Source: an uncultured Planctomycetota bacterium
Lineage (GTDB): Bacteria; Planctomycetota; Planctomycetia; Isosphaerales; Isosphaeraceae
Length of the DNA: 64,000 bases
Assembly (NCBI GenBank): GCA_963845755.1
Contig: CAWJTV010000015.1
Location: 64,001 to 128,000 of the forward strand
Direction of reading: 5' to 3'
A program made the position numbers and the translations under genes. Shown here one piece after another: positions 34,801 through 43,984 of this stretch (its first letter is position 1; the number at the start of each line of letters is the position of its first letter). Below the pieces are notes generated by a model. The model worked only from the letters and a program-made list of their open reading frames with translations, had not been told where the DNA came from and did no database searches.

Positions 34801-34892
34801 GCGAAGCATTTGGCAGGTCCTACCGAGCTCTCTCACAACAAGGTCAACGGCAGCCAGGCGTGCCCCGGCAGAGTCGTCGCGGTCCAATCGAC

Positions 34893-36693
34893 TCATGGGA
34901 CAGTCGCATTCGCTGCCGGTGGGTTGCGGGGCCTATAACCTGGGCCGCGAACGATCTGGCCCGGTTTCGCTCCGGTGTGCCGGCTCTCGCGGACCACGGC
35001 CACGCCGTTGACAATAACTTGGCGGACGCCGATCGAGACCTGATGAGGCTTCTCGAACGTGGCCCGGTCGGCGATCGTCTCGGGATCGAAGACGACGACA
35101 TCCGCGTGGAAGCCTTCGCGCAACAAGCCACGATCGCGGATCGAGAGCCGCGCGGCGACCGCCGAGGTCATCTTGCGAATCGCGTCCTCAAGAGGGATGA
35201 CTCGCTCCTCGCGGACGTACTTGCCCAGGATGCGCGGGAATGTCCCGTAGGAGCGGGGGTGAGTCAGAGTCTTAGCGTTCTCGGGGTCGGCGCCTTCGGC
35301 GTCGGTGCCGAACTTGATCCAAGGCTGACGCAACTGGAGCTTGACATTGTCCTCGTTCATCATGAAGTAAACTGTGCCGAGGCTCTGGCGTTCGGAGAGG
35401 ATCAGGTCCATCGCGGCATCGAGCCAGTGCTTGCCCTCGGCCTGGGCGATCGCGGAGAGCCGCTTGCCGGCATACTTGGCGTTCTCGGGCTTCTTGAGCT
35501 CGAGGACCAGGATGCCTTCCGGTGAGGCGAGGATCCCCATGTTCTCCCAGTCGGTCTTCTGGTCGAGGACTTCCGACCGGATCCGGGCGCGTTCGACCGG
35601 ATCGGCAAGGCGGTCGAAGAGCTTTCCACCTGCGGAGGCCGAAGGCGGAAGGACCGCGGTCAATCCGGTCGAACCGGCGATATAGGGATACATATCGGCG
35701 CCAACGTCCTGGCCCCGAGCGCGGGCGGCCGCAATCCTCGCAATGGCAGCCTCGGCCTTCGACCAGTTCCGCCGGCCCGCTGCCTTGAGGTGGTAGATCT
35801 CGACCGGCACAGCTCCGCCGCGACCGATCGCGATGGCTTCGTCGATCGCTTCGAGCAGGTGATCGGCCTCGGATCGAATGTGGGAAATATACACTCCGCC
35901 ATACGGTGACATGACTTTCGCAAGCTCGATCAAATCCGCAGTGCCGACGAAATTGTCTGGCGGGTAGATCAGGGCCGAAGCGATCCCGAAGGCTCCGTCT
36001 TCCATCGCTTCACGAACGGCCCGGCGCATGGTGTCCAGCTCCTGAGGCGTCGGCGCGCCCTGATCCATCCCCTTGACAAAGGCCCGGATCGTCGCCGACC
36101 CCACGAACGAGCCGAAGTTGACCGAGGACCCGCGGCGCTTCATGGCCTGGAGCCACTTGTCAAAGCCGTGCGGACCCATGAGCTCCCGGGCGTGCTCGGT
36201 GGCATCGGGATCGAGCACCTTGATGACGGCGAGGGTGCGATCGCTGACCGGGGCATTCGTCCAGCCCTCGCCCATGATCTCGGTGGTGACGCCCTGAGTG
36301 ACCTTGCTGACGACCCGGCCATCACCGGAGAGCAGGGCATCGCGGGAGTGGCTCTGGATATCGATAAACCCCGGACAAACGACCAACCCCTTGGCGTCGA
36401 TCCGTTCCTTGGCGGATGCGTCTCCGAGCATGCCAGCCGGTGCGACCCGTGCGATCCGGTCACCCCGAATGGCGAGGTCGCCACGGAACCAGGCGTTGCC
36501 CGAACCGTCGACCACCCGGCCGCCCAGGATCACGACGTCGTATGGGCCGGCATCTGCGGCTCTGGATACGGGCGCGTACCGGCTCGTCGTGGGACCTCTC
36601 TGGTGAGTCGGCGGCGTGGCCGATCGGCGCGAGTAGGACGCTGATGAGGAGCAGTCCGTAGCGAGCCAGCCGGGGGCGAGTCAGGGTCTTCAT
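34893..36693 (-). CDS. N-acyl-D-amino-acid deacylase (D-aminoacylase) with signal peptide; frameshift near the 5' end
   Basis: GGRVVDGSG, PGFIDIQSH, YISHIRSE, HPRSYGTFPRILG, ADVVVFDP. Confidence 0.92.
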
Positions 36694-36844
36694 GGGCAGC
36701 GAGGCTCCGTGAGTGAAACACGAGGTGAGCGTCGTAGGGCGGTGTCGAACGATCCTTGGCATCGTGAAGGCCCACCTATGACCACGGCACTCCGGTGGGC
36801 CTTCGCCGCGAGAACGCGCGGCTCGACACCACCCTACTACGGCT

Positions 36845-39470
36845 TCATGGCCTCTCGCCAGCCCGCAGAATCAGGCGATCGACGTCGGCCCAGAGGGCCT
36901 GCCAGGTTTTCCGCTTGGCCCCGGGGAGCTTGATCAACGCATCGGGATCGCGGACGCCGGCTAGGTCGCTGTCGGCGTTCCAGTGTTGGAGGGCCTGTGC
37001 AACGCTCGCCCGCTGCTTCGGATTGCCCCCATCGAGGATTCGGCCCCAGGCCGCCAGTTCGGTCCTGAGCCAGTCGAGAGCCTGGCCGCGGAGTTTGGCA
37101 CGCGCGGGCTCGTCGGGCGCGGGATCATCCTTGCCTTTACCGCAGCCGGCCAGCGCCGCAGTGCAAGCGGCGTTGTAGGCGTGCTGAGCACGGCGATCAT
37201 CGCCGAGTTTCGGGTCGGCCGTCAGGGCTTCGGTGTACAGCAGGGCGGAGGCCGCGCGCTGTCCCTGGTTGTAGAAGAGAACGGCGAACTCGATGCCTTC
37301 AGCCGGGGTGGCGGGGTGGTCTTGGCCCTTGAGGATGGCAGGGAGGCGACCAGCGTGGGCGACCAGCCACTCGGCCTGGCGCACCCACTCGGCCGAAAGC
37401 GCACGCCATCCGGGCTGCTTCAAACCGAGTTCGGGTCCCGTCTTGTACTCGCGGAGCGATTCTTCATAAAGCCCTTGGGCGCGCAAGGCTTCACCGAGAT
37501 TGGTGTGGGCCGTGACGTTGTTGGGCGTGAGTCGGACAATGGTGAGGAATTCGTCGGTCGCCTCATCGAGTTTACCTTGATCGCTCAGGGCGACGCCGAG
37601 ATTATGATGGGCCAAGACGTCGTCGGGCTTCAGTCGGATGGCGGAGCGATATTCGGCGAAACCCTCGTCGTGCATTCCCTGAGGCGCAGGGCGTTGTCGA
37701 GGTTCCTGTGGGCCGTGGCGTTGCTGGGCGTGAGTCGGACGATGGTGCGGAATTCGGCGATCGCCTCATCGTCCTTCCCCTGAGCGAGGAGGGCGAGACC
37801 GAGGTTGTGATGGGCTGCGGCGAGGTCGGGCTGGAGTCGGGTGGCGGTACGATATGCGGCAATCGCCGCCTCGTGCTTCCCCTGAGTGCGAAGGGCGTTG
37901 CCGAGGTTGTGGTGGGCCAGGACGTAGCCGGGGTGGAGTCGGATGGCGGTGCGATACTCGGCGATCGCCTCATCGTGCTTCCTCTGGGCAGACAGGGTGT
38001 TGCCGAGGTACGTCTGGGCCGGATTGCTACCGGGCCGGATCGCAATCGCGGCCGTCAGGTGCCGCACCGCCTCCTCCGGTTGCACCGCATAGGCCAGGTC
38101 GTAGTTCACCCAGAAGTCGTCCGGACGCAATCGCCAGGCCTGGCACAGAGCCGCGCCGCACCGTCCCGATCGCCGACCGCCTTCAGCCGCAGGGCGAGTA
38201 GCCGCAGGCTCTCGGCGGGCTGAGCGTCCAGTGCCTTCTCATCACCGGCCAGCTTGTGGAGGGCCTCGACCGGCGCGGCGTCCCTGGCACTGGAGCCGGT
38301 GCGCAGGGCATCGCGCAGGGATCGGGGTCGGCGGCGCGGGCCGCCGCTATCAGCCGAGCCGAGGCTTTCTCATCGGCGCGGGCCGCACGGCGGACCATGG
38401 TCCAGTCGTCCAGGAAGGAGGCCAGCTCAATCGGCGCGCTGCGGCCGGCGATCCAGGCGCCGGCCTGCTTGGGGTCGGTGGCATCCTGGTCAAGTCCGGC
38501 CTTGCGGAAGGCGGCGGCATACTCGGCGTTGGACCGCTTTGGATCGTTTTGGTCGGCGCGATCGCCACGGGCCGCTTCCAAGTCGGCCAGGAGTTTGCGA
38601 TCGGTCTCGAGCCGCTCAGCCTGGAGCAAGGCTTCCTGGCGGCCTCGCTCCCGTTCGGCGATGACGCGGACGATCTGGTCCTTGCGCTCCAGGTCGGCCA
38701 GTTCCGGCATCTGGTCGGCGGCGCGGTTGGCCTCGGCCATCGCTTCGTCCCAGGGACTGACCGTGCCGGCCGGGGCGGCGTGGGCCCCTGGCTTTCAAGA
38801 CGATGACGTGGTCCAGGATCCCGGCGATCTCGTGGGCAACCACGGCACGGCGGGCGTTGCGGTCGGAGACCATCCAGGCCGCCCCGCCACCGCCCAGGAT
38901 CAAGGTGGCGACGATGGCCGCGGCCAAACCGGCGGTCATACGCCGCGCCCGTAGCTCGGCCCGGGCCTTGCGCTCGGCCTCAACGGCGCGGGCGGTCTCA
39001 TCCGCCCGGGCCAGTTCGGCGGTACGCAACCGCTCCTGGACGCCGGCCTGGTAATCGGTCAGTCGGTCGACCACGATCCGCGGGCGGTCGAGTAGCTCGG
39101 CGCCAGGCAGGACCTGGCCAGCTCGATCAGTTCAGACTCGGCATCGCTGGCGTCAACCCGGGCGAAGGCGTCGGACAGGTCGTCGCGGAGGGCTTTGCGG
39201 AAGACGGAGCTGCCGTCCGGGCCGGTGTAGGGCGGAGAACCGGTCAGGATTTCGCAAAGGATCGCGCCCAGGCCGAATACGTCGGCCCGCCCGTCAAGCG
39301 CCTCGATGTCGCCGTGGCCTGCTCGGGGGGCATGTAGGCCGGCGTTCCCATCACGCTGCCGGCCTGCGAGGCGTCGGCATCGGAGCCGGTCCGTAGCGTG
39401 CGGATGACGCTCACCTGCTCACGCCGCTCGACGGCCCGAGTTTCGTCGGCCACCCCGCCCGAGGCCTGCA
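36845..39470 (-). pseudogene. Ser/Thr kinase (C-lobe only)-TM-TPR protein, multiply frameshifted
   Basis: GSVMGTPAYMPPEQA, a TM helix, PDDFWVN, repeated AHHNLG..L..QGK.DEAIAEY TPR units, YNAAC.AALAGCG and QALDWLRTEL tail. Confidence 0.8.
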
Positions 39471-39981
39471 CCTCGGCCAGCAGGGTGAGCGCCCAGTCGC
39501 GCTCGAAGAGCCGTTCCGGAGTCAGGTCGTGGCCTTGGTCGGCGCCGGAACGCCCTTCCGCCGCGCCCGAGTCGATCGACACGAATGTCCGACCACCGCC
39601 GCGTGTGAACGCGACTGCTCGATCATGTGCGTTGGCCAGGACGTGTATGCAATCCGTGAGCAGGAACGCGCGGAACCGCCCCTTATGGCGGTCGGCACTG
39701 GCGAGCACGGGTTTCTCCAACAGGCGGACGAAGTAGTCCTGGGTCAGGTCGAGTGCAGTGCTGGGATCGTGCCCCTTACGCCGAATCAGCGCATAGACCG
39801 GGAACCAATACGTGGCGCACAGCTCTGCCAGGGCGTCGCGCGCGTCGGGATGCCCTGGGTCGGCGGCGGCGACGCGGCTCCAGCACGTCGAAGGGAAGCG
39901 GGCATCCGAAGGTCTCTCGGATATGGTCCGTTCCGTGCAATGGGGAGCGATTGGGTGACACGCGCAAGTGCGAACCGTCAC
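39470..39981 (-). pseudogene. Kinase-associated ECF sigma-70 factor lacking region 4, fused to the kinase fragment
   Basis: FPSTCWSRV..ALAELCATYWFPVYALIRRKG..DLTQDYF..GRFRAFL..RGGG..PERLFERDWA. Confidence 0.82.
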
Positions 39982-40478
39982 GCCAACTCACCGACCTTCG
40001 CCTTGACGAGGCGCTCGATTTCCTCGACGGCAAAGTCGGTCGCTTCTTGCACCCGGCGTTGCGAGCCGCGCCCGGAGGACTCGATCTGCTTGCGAGCCTG
40101 CTGCCGTATCGACCGAATGGCGACCTTGGCATCCTCGCCGAGCTTCTTGACGTACCGGGCGATCTCCTGTCGCTGCTCGATGCTGATCGGTGGTACGCTG
40201 ACGCTGACCGTCGTCGGGTTGAGCGCGTACGCGCTGAGCCGCGACTCGTTCAGCGCCTTGACCATCGCCGGGACGTTGACCCGATCGAAGGGGATGATCA
40301 GGATCCGGTCCCCTCGTGCCTGGACAGCCCCGAGGCGTTTGATGGCGACCAGGTTCCCCTGGCACGAGACCCGGACAGTCTCGATCATTCCGATGCTGAT
40401 CGTGCCCGTCCGGATCCCGCGGAGCTGATCGGCAAAGTGCCGGACCATTTTCTCAATCCTGGGCTGCCAGTCGTTCAT
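39978..40478 (-). CDS. Divergent ribosome recycling factor paralogue (frr-like), 166 aa
   Basis: IRTG, IIPFD, VPPISIEQRQEI, EDAKVAIRSIR, VQEATD..VEEIE..K..EL follow the RRF pattern; not in a tsf-pyrH context. Confidence 0.82.
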   Translation of the reverse strand: MNDWQPRIEKMVRHFADQLRGIRTGTISIGMIETVRVSCQGNLVAIKRLGAVQARGDRILIIPFDRVNVPAMVKALNESRLSAYALNPTTVSVSVPPISIEQRQEIARYVKKLGEDAKVAIRSIRQQARKQIESSGRGSQRRVQEATDFAVEEIERLVKAKVGELA

Positions 40479-40576
40479 GTGCAGTCCTGTGTTGATCGAT
40501 GATCCCGAACCCGTGCAGAATCCGGCGCATCTGCCTCGTGATCGGATTCCGATAAAGCTTGGAGGGATCAGCCGCC

Positions 40577-41479
40577 ATGAGCACCTTGCAACGACTGACC
40601 GACCGCGGCCTGATCAAACCTCCACGATGGCTGCCGGGCGGTGTCCAGTACGAGACGATTATGGGCTCGGTCGCCTACGGCGTCTCGTCCGACACCAGCG
40701 ATCTGGACCTCTACGGCTGGGCGATCCCTCCCCGAGACGACGTCTTCCCCCACCTCAGGGGGGAGATTCCCGGCTTCGGCACTCCGAAACCCCGGTTTCA
40801 ACGATATCAGGAGCACTACGTCGTTGACCACGATGCCCTCGGTGGCCGTGGGCGAACTTACGACCTGCAGATCTACGGAATCGTCAAGTTCTTCAACCTG
40901 GCGATGCAGAATAACCTTAATATCATCGACTCGCTCTTTACACCGGTGAACTGCGTCCTGCACAGCACGCGTGTGGGGGATCTCGTGCGCGAGAACCGGA
41001 AACTGTTCCTGCACAGAGGCTCCTGGTCGCGATTCAAGAACTATGCGTACTCGCAATTGCACAAGCTGTCCACGAAGAGCGCCCAGGGGAAGCGGGCCGA
41101 CATCGTGGCCGAGCACGGTCTCGACACGAAGTTCGCCTACCATGTCGTTCGCCTCATCCTCGAAGTCGAGCAGATCATAGTCGAGGGCGACATCGACCTT
41201 CAGCGGAACCACGAACAGCTCAAGGCCATCCGTCGGGGAGATTGGACCGAAGCGCACCTCCGGGACTGGTTCTCAGCCAAGGAGTCGGAGCTCGAAAAGG
41301 TCTACTCCGAGAGCAAGCTCCCGTCCGCACCCGATGAAGATCAGATTCGATTGCTGCTGCTGAACTGCCTGGAACACCATTACGGCCTCATGGAGGACTG
41401 CGTCGTCGATCCGGACCGCGCCGTGGCCGCCTTGCGGAACGTCCAGTCGGAATTGGAGAAGGTGAGAGATCTTCTATGA
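40577..41479 (+). CDS. Pol-beta-superfamily nucleotidyltransferase (PF10127/RlaP-like)
   Basis: MGSVAYG..SDLDLYG, KFF.LA..NN.NIIDSLF, YAYSQL, DTKFAYHVVRL, LKAIRRG. Confidence 0.88.
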   Translation: MSTLQRLTDRGLIKPPRWLPGGVQYETIMGSVAYGVSSDTSDLDLYGWAIPPRDDVFPHLRGEIPGFGTPKPRFQRYQEHYVVDHDALGGRGRTYDLQIYGIVKFFNLAMQNNLNIIDSLFTPVNCVLHSTRVGDLVRENRKLFLHRGSWSRFKNYAYSQLHKLSTKSAQGKRADIVAEHGLDTKFAYHVVRLILEVEQIIVEGDIDLQRNHEQLKAIRRGDWTEAHLRDWFSAKESELEKVYSESKLPSAPDEDQIRLLLLNCLEHHYGLMEDCVVDPDRAVAALRNVQSELEKVRDLL

Positions 41480-42266
41480 GTCATCCCGACGAGAACGATC
41501 CGGCCGCCCCCGATCGGTTGCAGGCCGTCGTGTCCCGGCAGTCGTATCCTCTGATTATCGTGACGATCAGCGGCGCGCACCTCTAAGGCTTTCCCTCGCC
41601 AGATTCGGACCACGACCTGCGAGGCTGCCAATTCCTGCCCATCGAGGAAGCCGCCGGGCTCGATGCGGGACGAGAGACCATCGAGTCTTCGACGGACGAA
41701 TCAGGCGTCGAGGTCAACTTGGTGACCCACGATGCCAGGAAGTTCTTCAAGCTGCTGCTCGCGAAGAACGGCTACCTCCTGGAGCAGTTGTATTCGCCGC
41801 TGGTCGTCCTCACAACGCCCGAACATGAGGATCTGAAATCCATTGCACGCGGATGCATCACTCGGCATCATAACCACCATTACCGTGGTTTCGCGAGGCC
41901 CTGTGGCGGCTATTCGCCCGGGACATCCCGTCGCGAATCAAGCCGCTGCTGTATGTGTATCGCGTACTGCTGACGGGTATCCACCTCCTGCGAACGGGTG
42001 AGGTCGAAGCGATCCTCCTGCGTCTCAACGAGAACGCCCGACTTCTCCAACTCGGTGACCTGATCGTTCGCAAGCTCGAAAGGACGGAGGGAGTCCGCTT
42101 GGACGATGGCGACCTGGAGTTCCATGGGCGCGAGTACGAACGACTCCAGGGCGAACTGGAACAGGCCCACCGCGATAGCCGGATGCCGGAAGGACCGACT
42201 GCCCGACAGGCGCTCAACGATCTACTGGTCCGACTCAGGTTCGCGACCAACCGTCAAGGCCACTGA
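41476..42266 (+). pseudogene. Second PF10127/YcgL-like nucleotidyltransferase; in-frame TAA at 41584 and frameshift near 41900
   Basis: ISGAHL*GFPSPDSDHDLRG, HDARKFFKLLL.KNGYLLEQL, HHYRGFA, KPLLYVYRVLLTGIHL; ATGA overlap with the upstream NTase. Confidence 0.85.
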
Positions 42267-42308
42267 TTCCGTGATCCCCCATCGGGTGGCCAAGGACCGG
42301 TTTCCCGT

Positions 42309-42701
42309 TCAATCGGTCTTGCCAAGCCGCTTGAGTGCTTTCGCCGCCAGGTCGCGAGCGCGGGAGTCCTTGTCGGTCTTGCTCAGCGTGTCGAGCTGGT
42401 CCTTGATCGCATCACCGGGCTGTTTCAACTTGACCACCGCCAGGACCGCGTCACGACGGACCAGCGGGTCGGTATCGTGGAGCGCCTCCGCCAGGGCGTC
42501 CGCCACCGTGGGGTCGGAGTCGCCGACATTGCCGAGCTTGAGCACCGCTTGCCGTCGCACCTGCGGCTTGGGGTCATGCAGCTCGGCGATCCAGGATTTC
42601 ACCTCGCGGCCGCCCGCCAGTAGCGGCCCAGGCGCCTCGCCGCTGCAGCCAGCCAGCACGATCGCGAACAGCAAACTTGACAGAACTTGGGTCCGTTGCA
42701 T
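42309..42701 (-). CDS. HEAT-repeat lipoprotein
   Basis: Lipobox LAGC; LHDPKPQVRRQAV and LHDTDPLVRRDAV repeats. Confidence 0.85.
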   Translation of the reverse strand: MQRTQVLSSLLFAIVLAGCSGEAPGPLLAGGREVKSWIAELHDPKPQVRRQAVLKLGNVGDSDPTVADALAEALHDTDPLVRRDAVLAVVKLKQPGDAIKDQLDTLSKTDKDSRARDLAAKALKRLGKTD

Positions 42702-42713
42702 GCGCCATCACTT

Positions 42714-43694
42714 TCAATACGAGTCCGAGCTGATGACCTCGCCGCCGGCCCGCGTACCGAGCGCCTGGAGGACCAAACTCGAAGGGGTATAACGGGTCGA
42801 GCCGTCGGGGTTGACGCCCGCGTCGTTCGTAACGTTCCTGAGGAAGTGTACCGACCCGTCGGCGAAGAGGGCGTTCGCGCCTCCAGGATGGAAGCTCGAC
42901 GGATCGTCCAGGCCGCTGTCGGTGTCGGCATTGGTGTTGAGCAAGTGGCAATGCGCCAGGACCAAACACGGGGCGAGATAAGTCGCATACGCCGATCCAG
43001 GACACGGGTTATATGGCCCGCGTAGAACGACGCCACCCGGAACCGCCCCGCACCAGGTCCCCTCCGTGTCTCCCCAGGCGCGCTCCAGGAGTAAGATCGT
43101 CTGGCTCGTGCCGTCGACGATCGCCGCCATGCGCACCCCGCTATTTCGGTAGAATGGGCCGTTGCCCGAGCCATCGTTGTTCAGACCCAGGGCGACGTCG
43201 GCAGCGTCGCTGCCCGTGCTGGCCGCATAGGAGCTCGCCGCGACCGTCGCGACCGTCGTTCCCAGCCCGTCAGTGACCGGGTACGTCCCGCCCATGGTAA
43301 GCTGATCGGATGGGCAGAGGAATGCGCTCAGGATTGTCCGGGTGCCGGTCGTATTCGCCGGGGTCTGGATGGGGAGCCAGACGTTGATCGACGAATACAA
43401 AGGTGCCTGGTCGAGTTGCGGCAGGATCATCGCCGCCCAACTCCAGCCCGGCGACGTGTCGGTCTCACCATCGATGAATCGGCTCGCAGCGATGTAACCC
43501 GGCGGGAAGATCAACAAGGCATCATGATAGTTGTGCAGGGCCAAGCCCATTTGTTTCAGGTTGTTCACGCACTGAGTTCGCCGCGCCGCCTCGCGCGCCG
43601 CCTGCACCGCAGGGAGCAGCAAGGCGATCAGGACGGCGATGATCGCGATCACCACTAAGAGCTCAATCAGAGTGAATCCACGCTGCCGCTTCAT
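42714..43694 (-). CDS. DUF1559 prepilin-type N-terminal cleavage protein (H-X9-DG C-terminus)
   Basis: GFTLIELLVVIAIIAVLIALLLPAVQAAREAARR.QC.NNLKQ; SFHPGGANALFADGSV. Confidence 0.96.
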   Translation of the reverse strand: MKRQRGFTLIELLVVIAIIAVLIALLLPAVQAAREAARRTQCVNNLKQMGLALHNYHDALLIFPPGYIAASRFIDGETDTSPGWSWAAMILPQLDQAPLYSSINVWLPIQTPANTTGTRTILSAFLCPSDQLTMGGTYPVTDGLGTTVATVAASSYAASTGSDAADVALGLNNDGSGNGPFYRNSGVRMAAIVDGTSQTILLLERAWGDTEGTWCGAVPGGVVLRGPYNPCPGSAYATYLAPCLVLAHCHLLNTNADTDSGLDDPSSFHPGGANALFADGSVHFLRNVTNDAGVNPDGSTRYTPSSLVLQALGTRAGGEVISSDSY

Positions 43695-43747
43695 GGAGGA
43701 GTTTCTCCCAGACAGATATCCAACGACAGGGAAGCTCCGCCTCAATT

Positions 43748-43763
43748 AGCAAAGGGCATACCA
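43748..43763 (-). promoter_or_regulatory. Sigma-54 (-24/-12) promoter of the DUF1559/HEAT operon
   Basis: Minus strand TGGTATGCCCTTTGCT (GG-N10-GC, TTGCT) about 55 bp before the ATG, with an AT-rich upstream region. Confidence 0.6.
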
Positions 43764-43984
43764 AGATTCAAGAATGATTTATCTGCTGTGTAGATCAAGA
43801 GTTATAGCAAATAGTCCAGATGTAACTGTCTGGTAGCGAAGGCGAACAGATCGCCGATCAGTGGCCAAGGACTGTCCAGCGCGATTCAACCTCGGATCGA
43901 TTCCAACTCAACAAAAAGGGCGAGTGGACTCGCTGGAGTCCACTCGCCTCTCATCGAAATCCGTCGCGCTCCTGGTCGTTGGCC

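Noticed and set aside
39978..39981. GTGA overlap suggesting translational coupling of the RRF paralogue to the ECF sigma
   Set aside because: The first ~25 codons of the sigma ORF look non-coding and conserved sequence starts only near 39900, so the overlap is probably coincidental.
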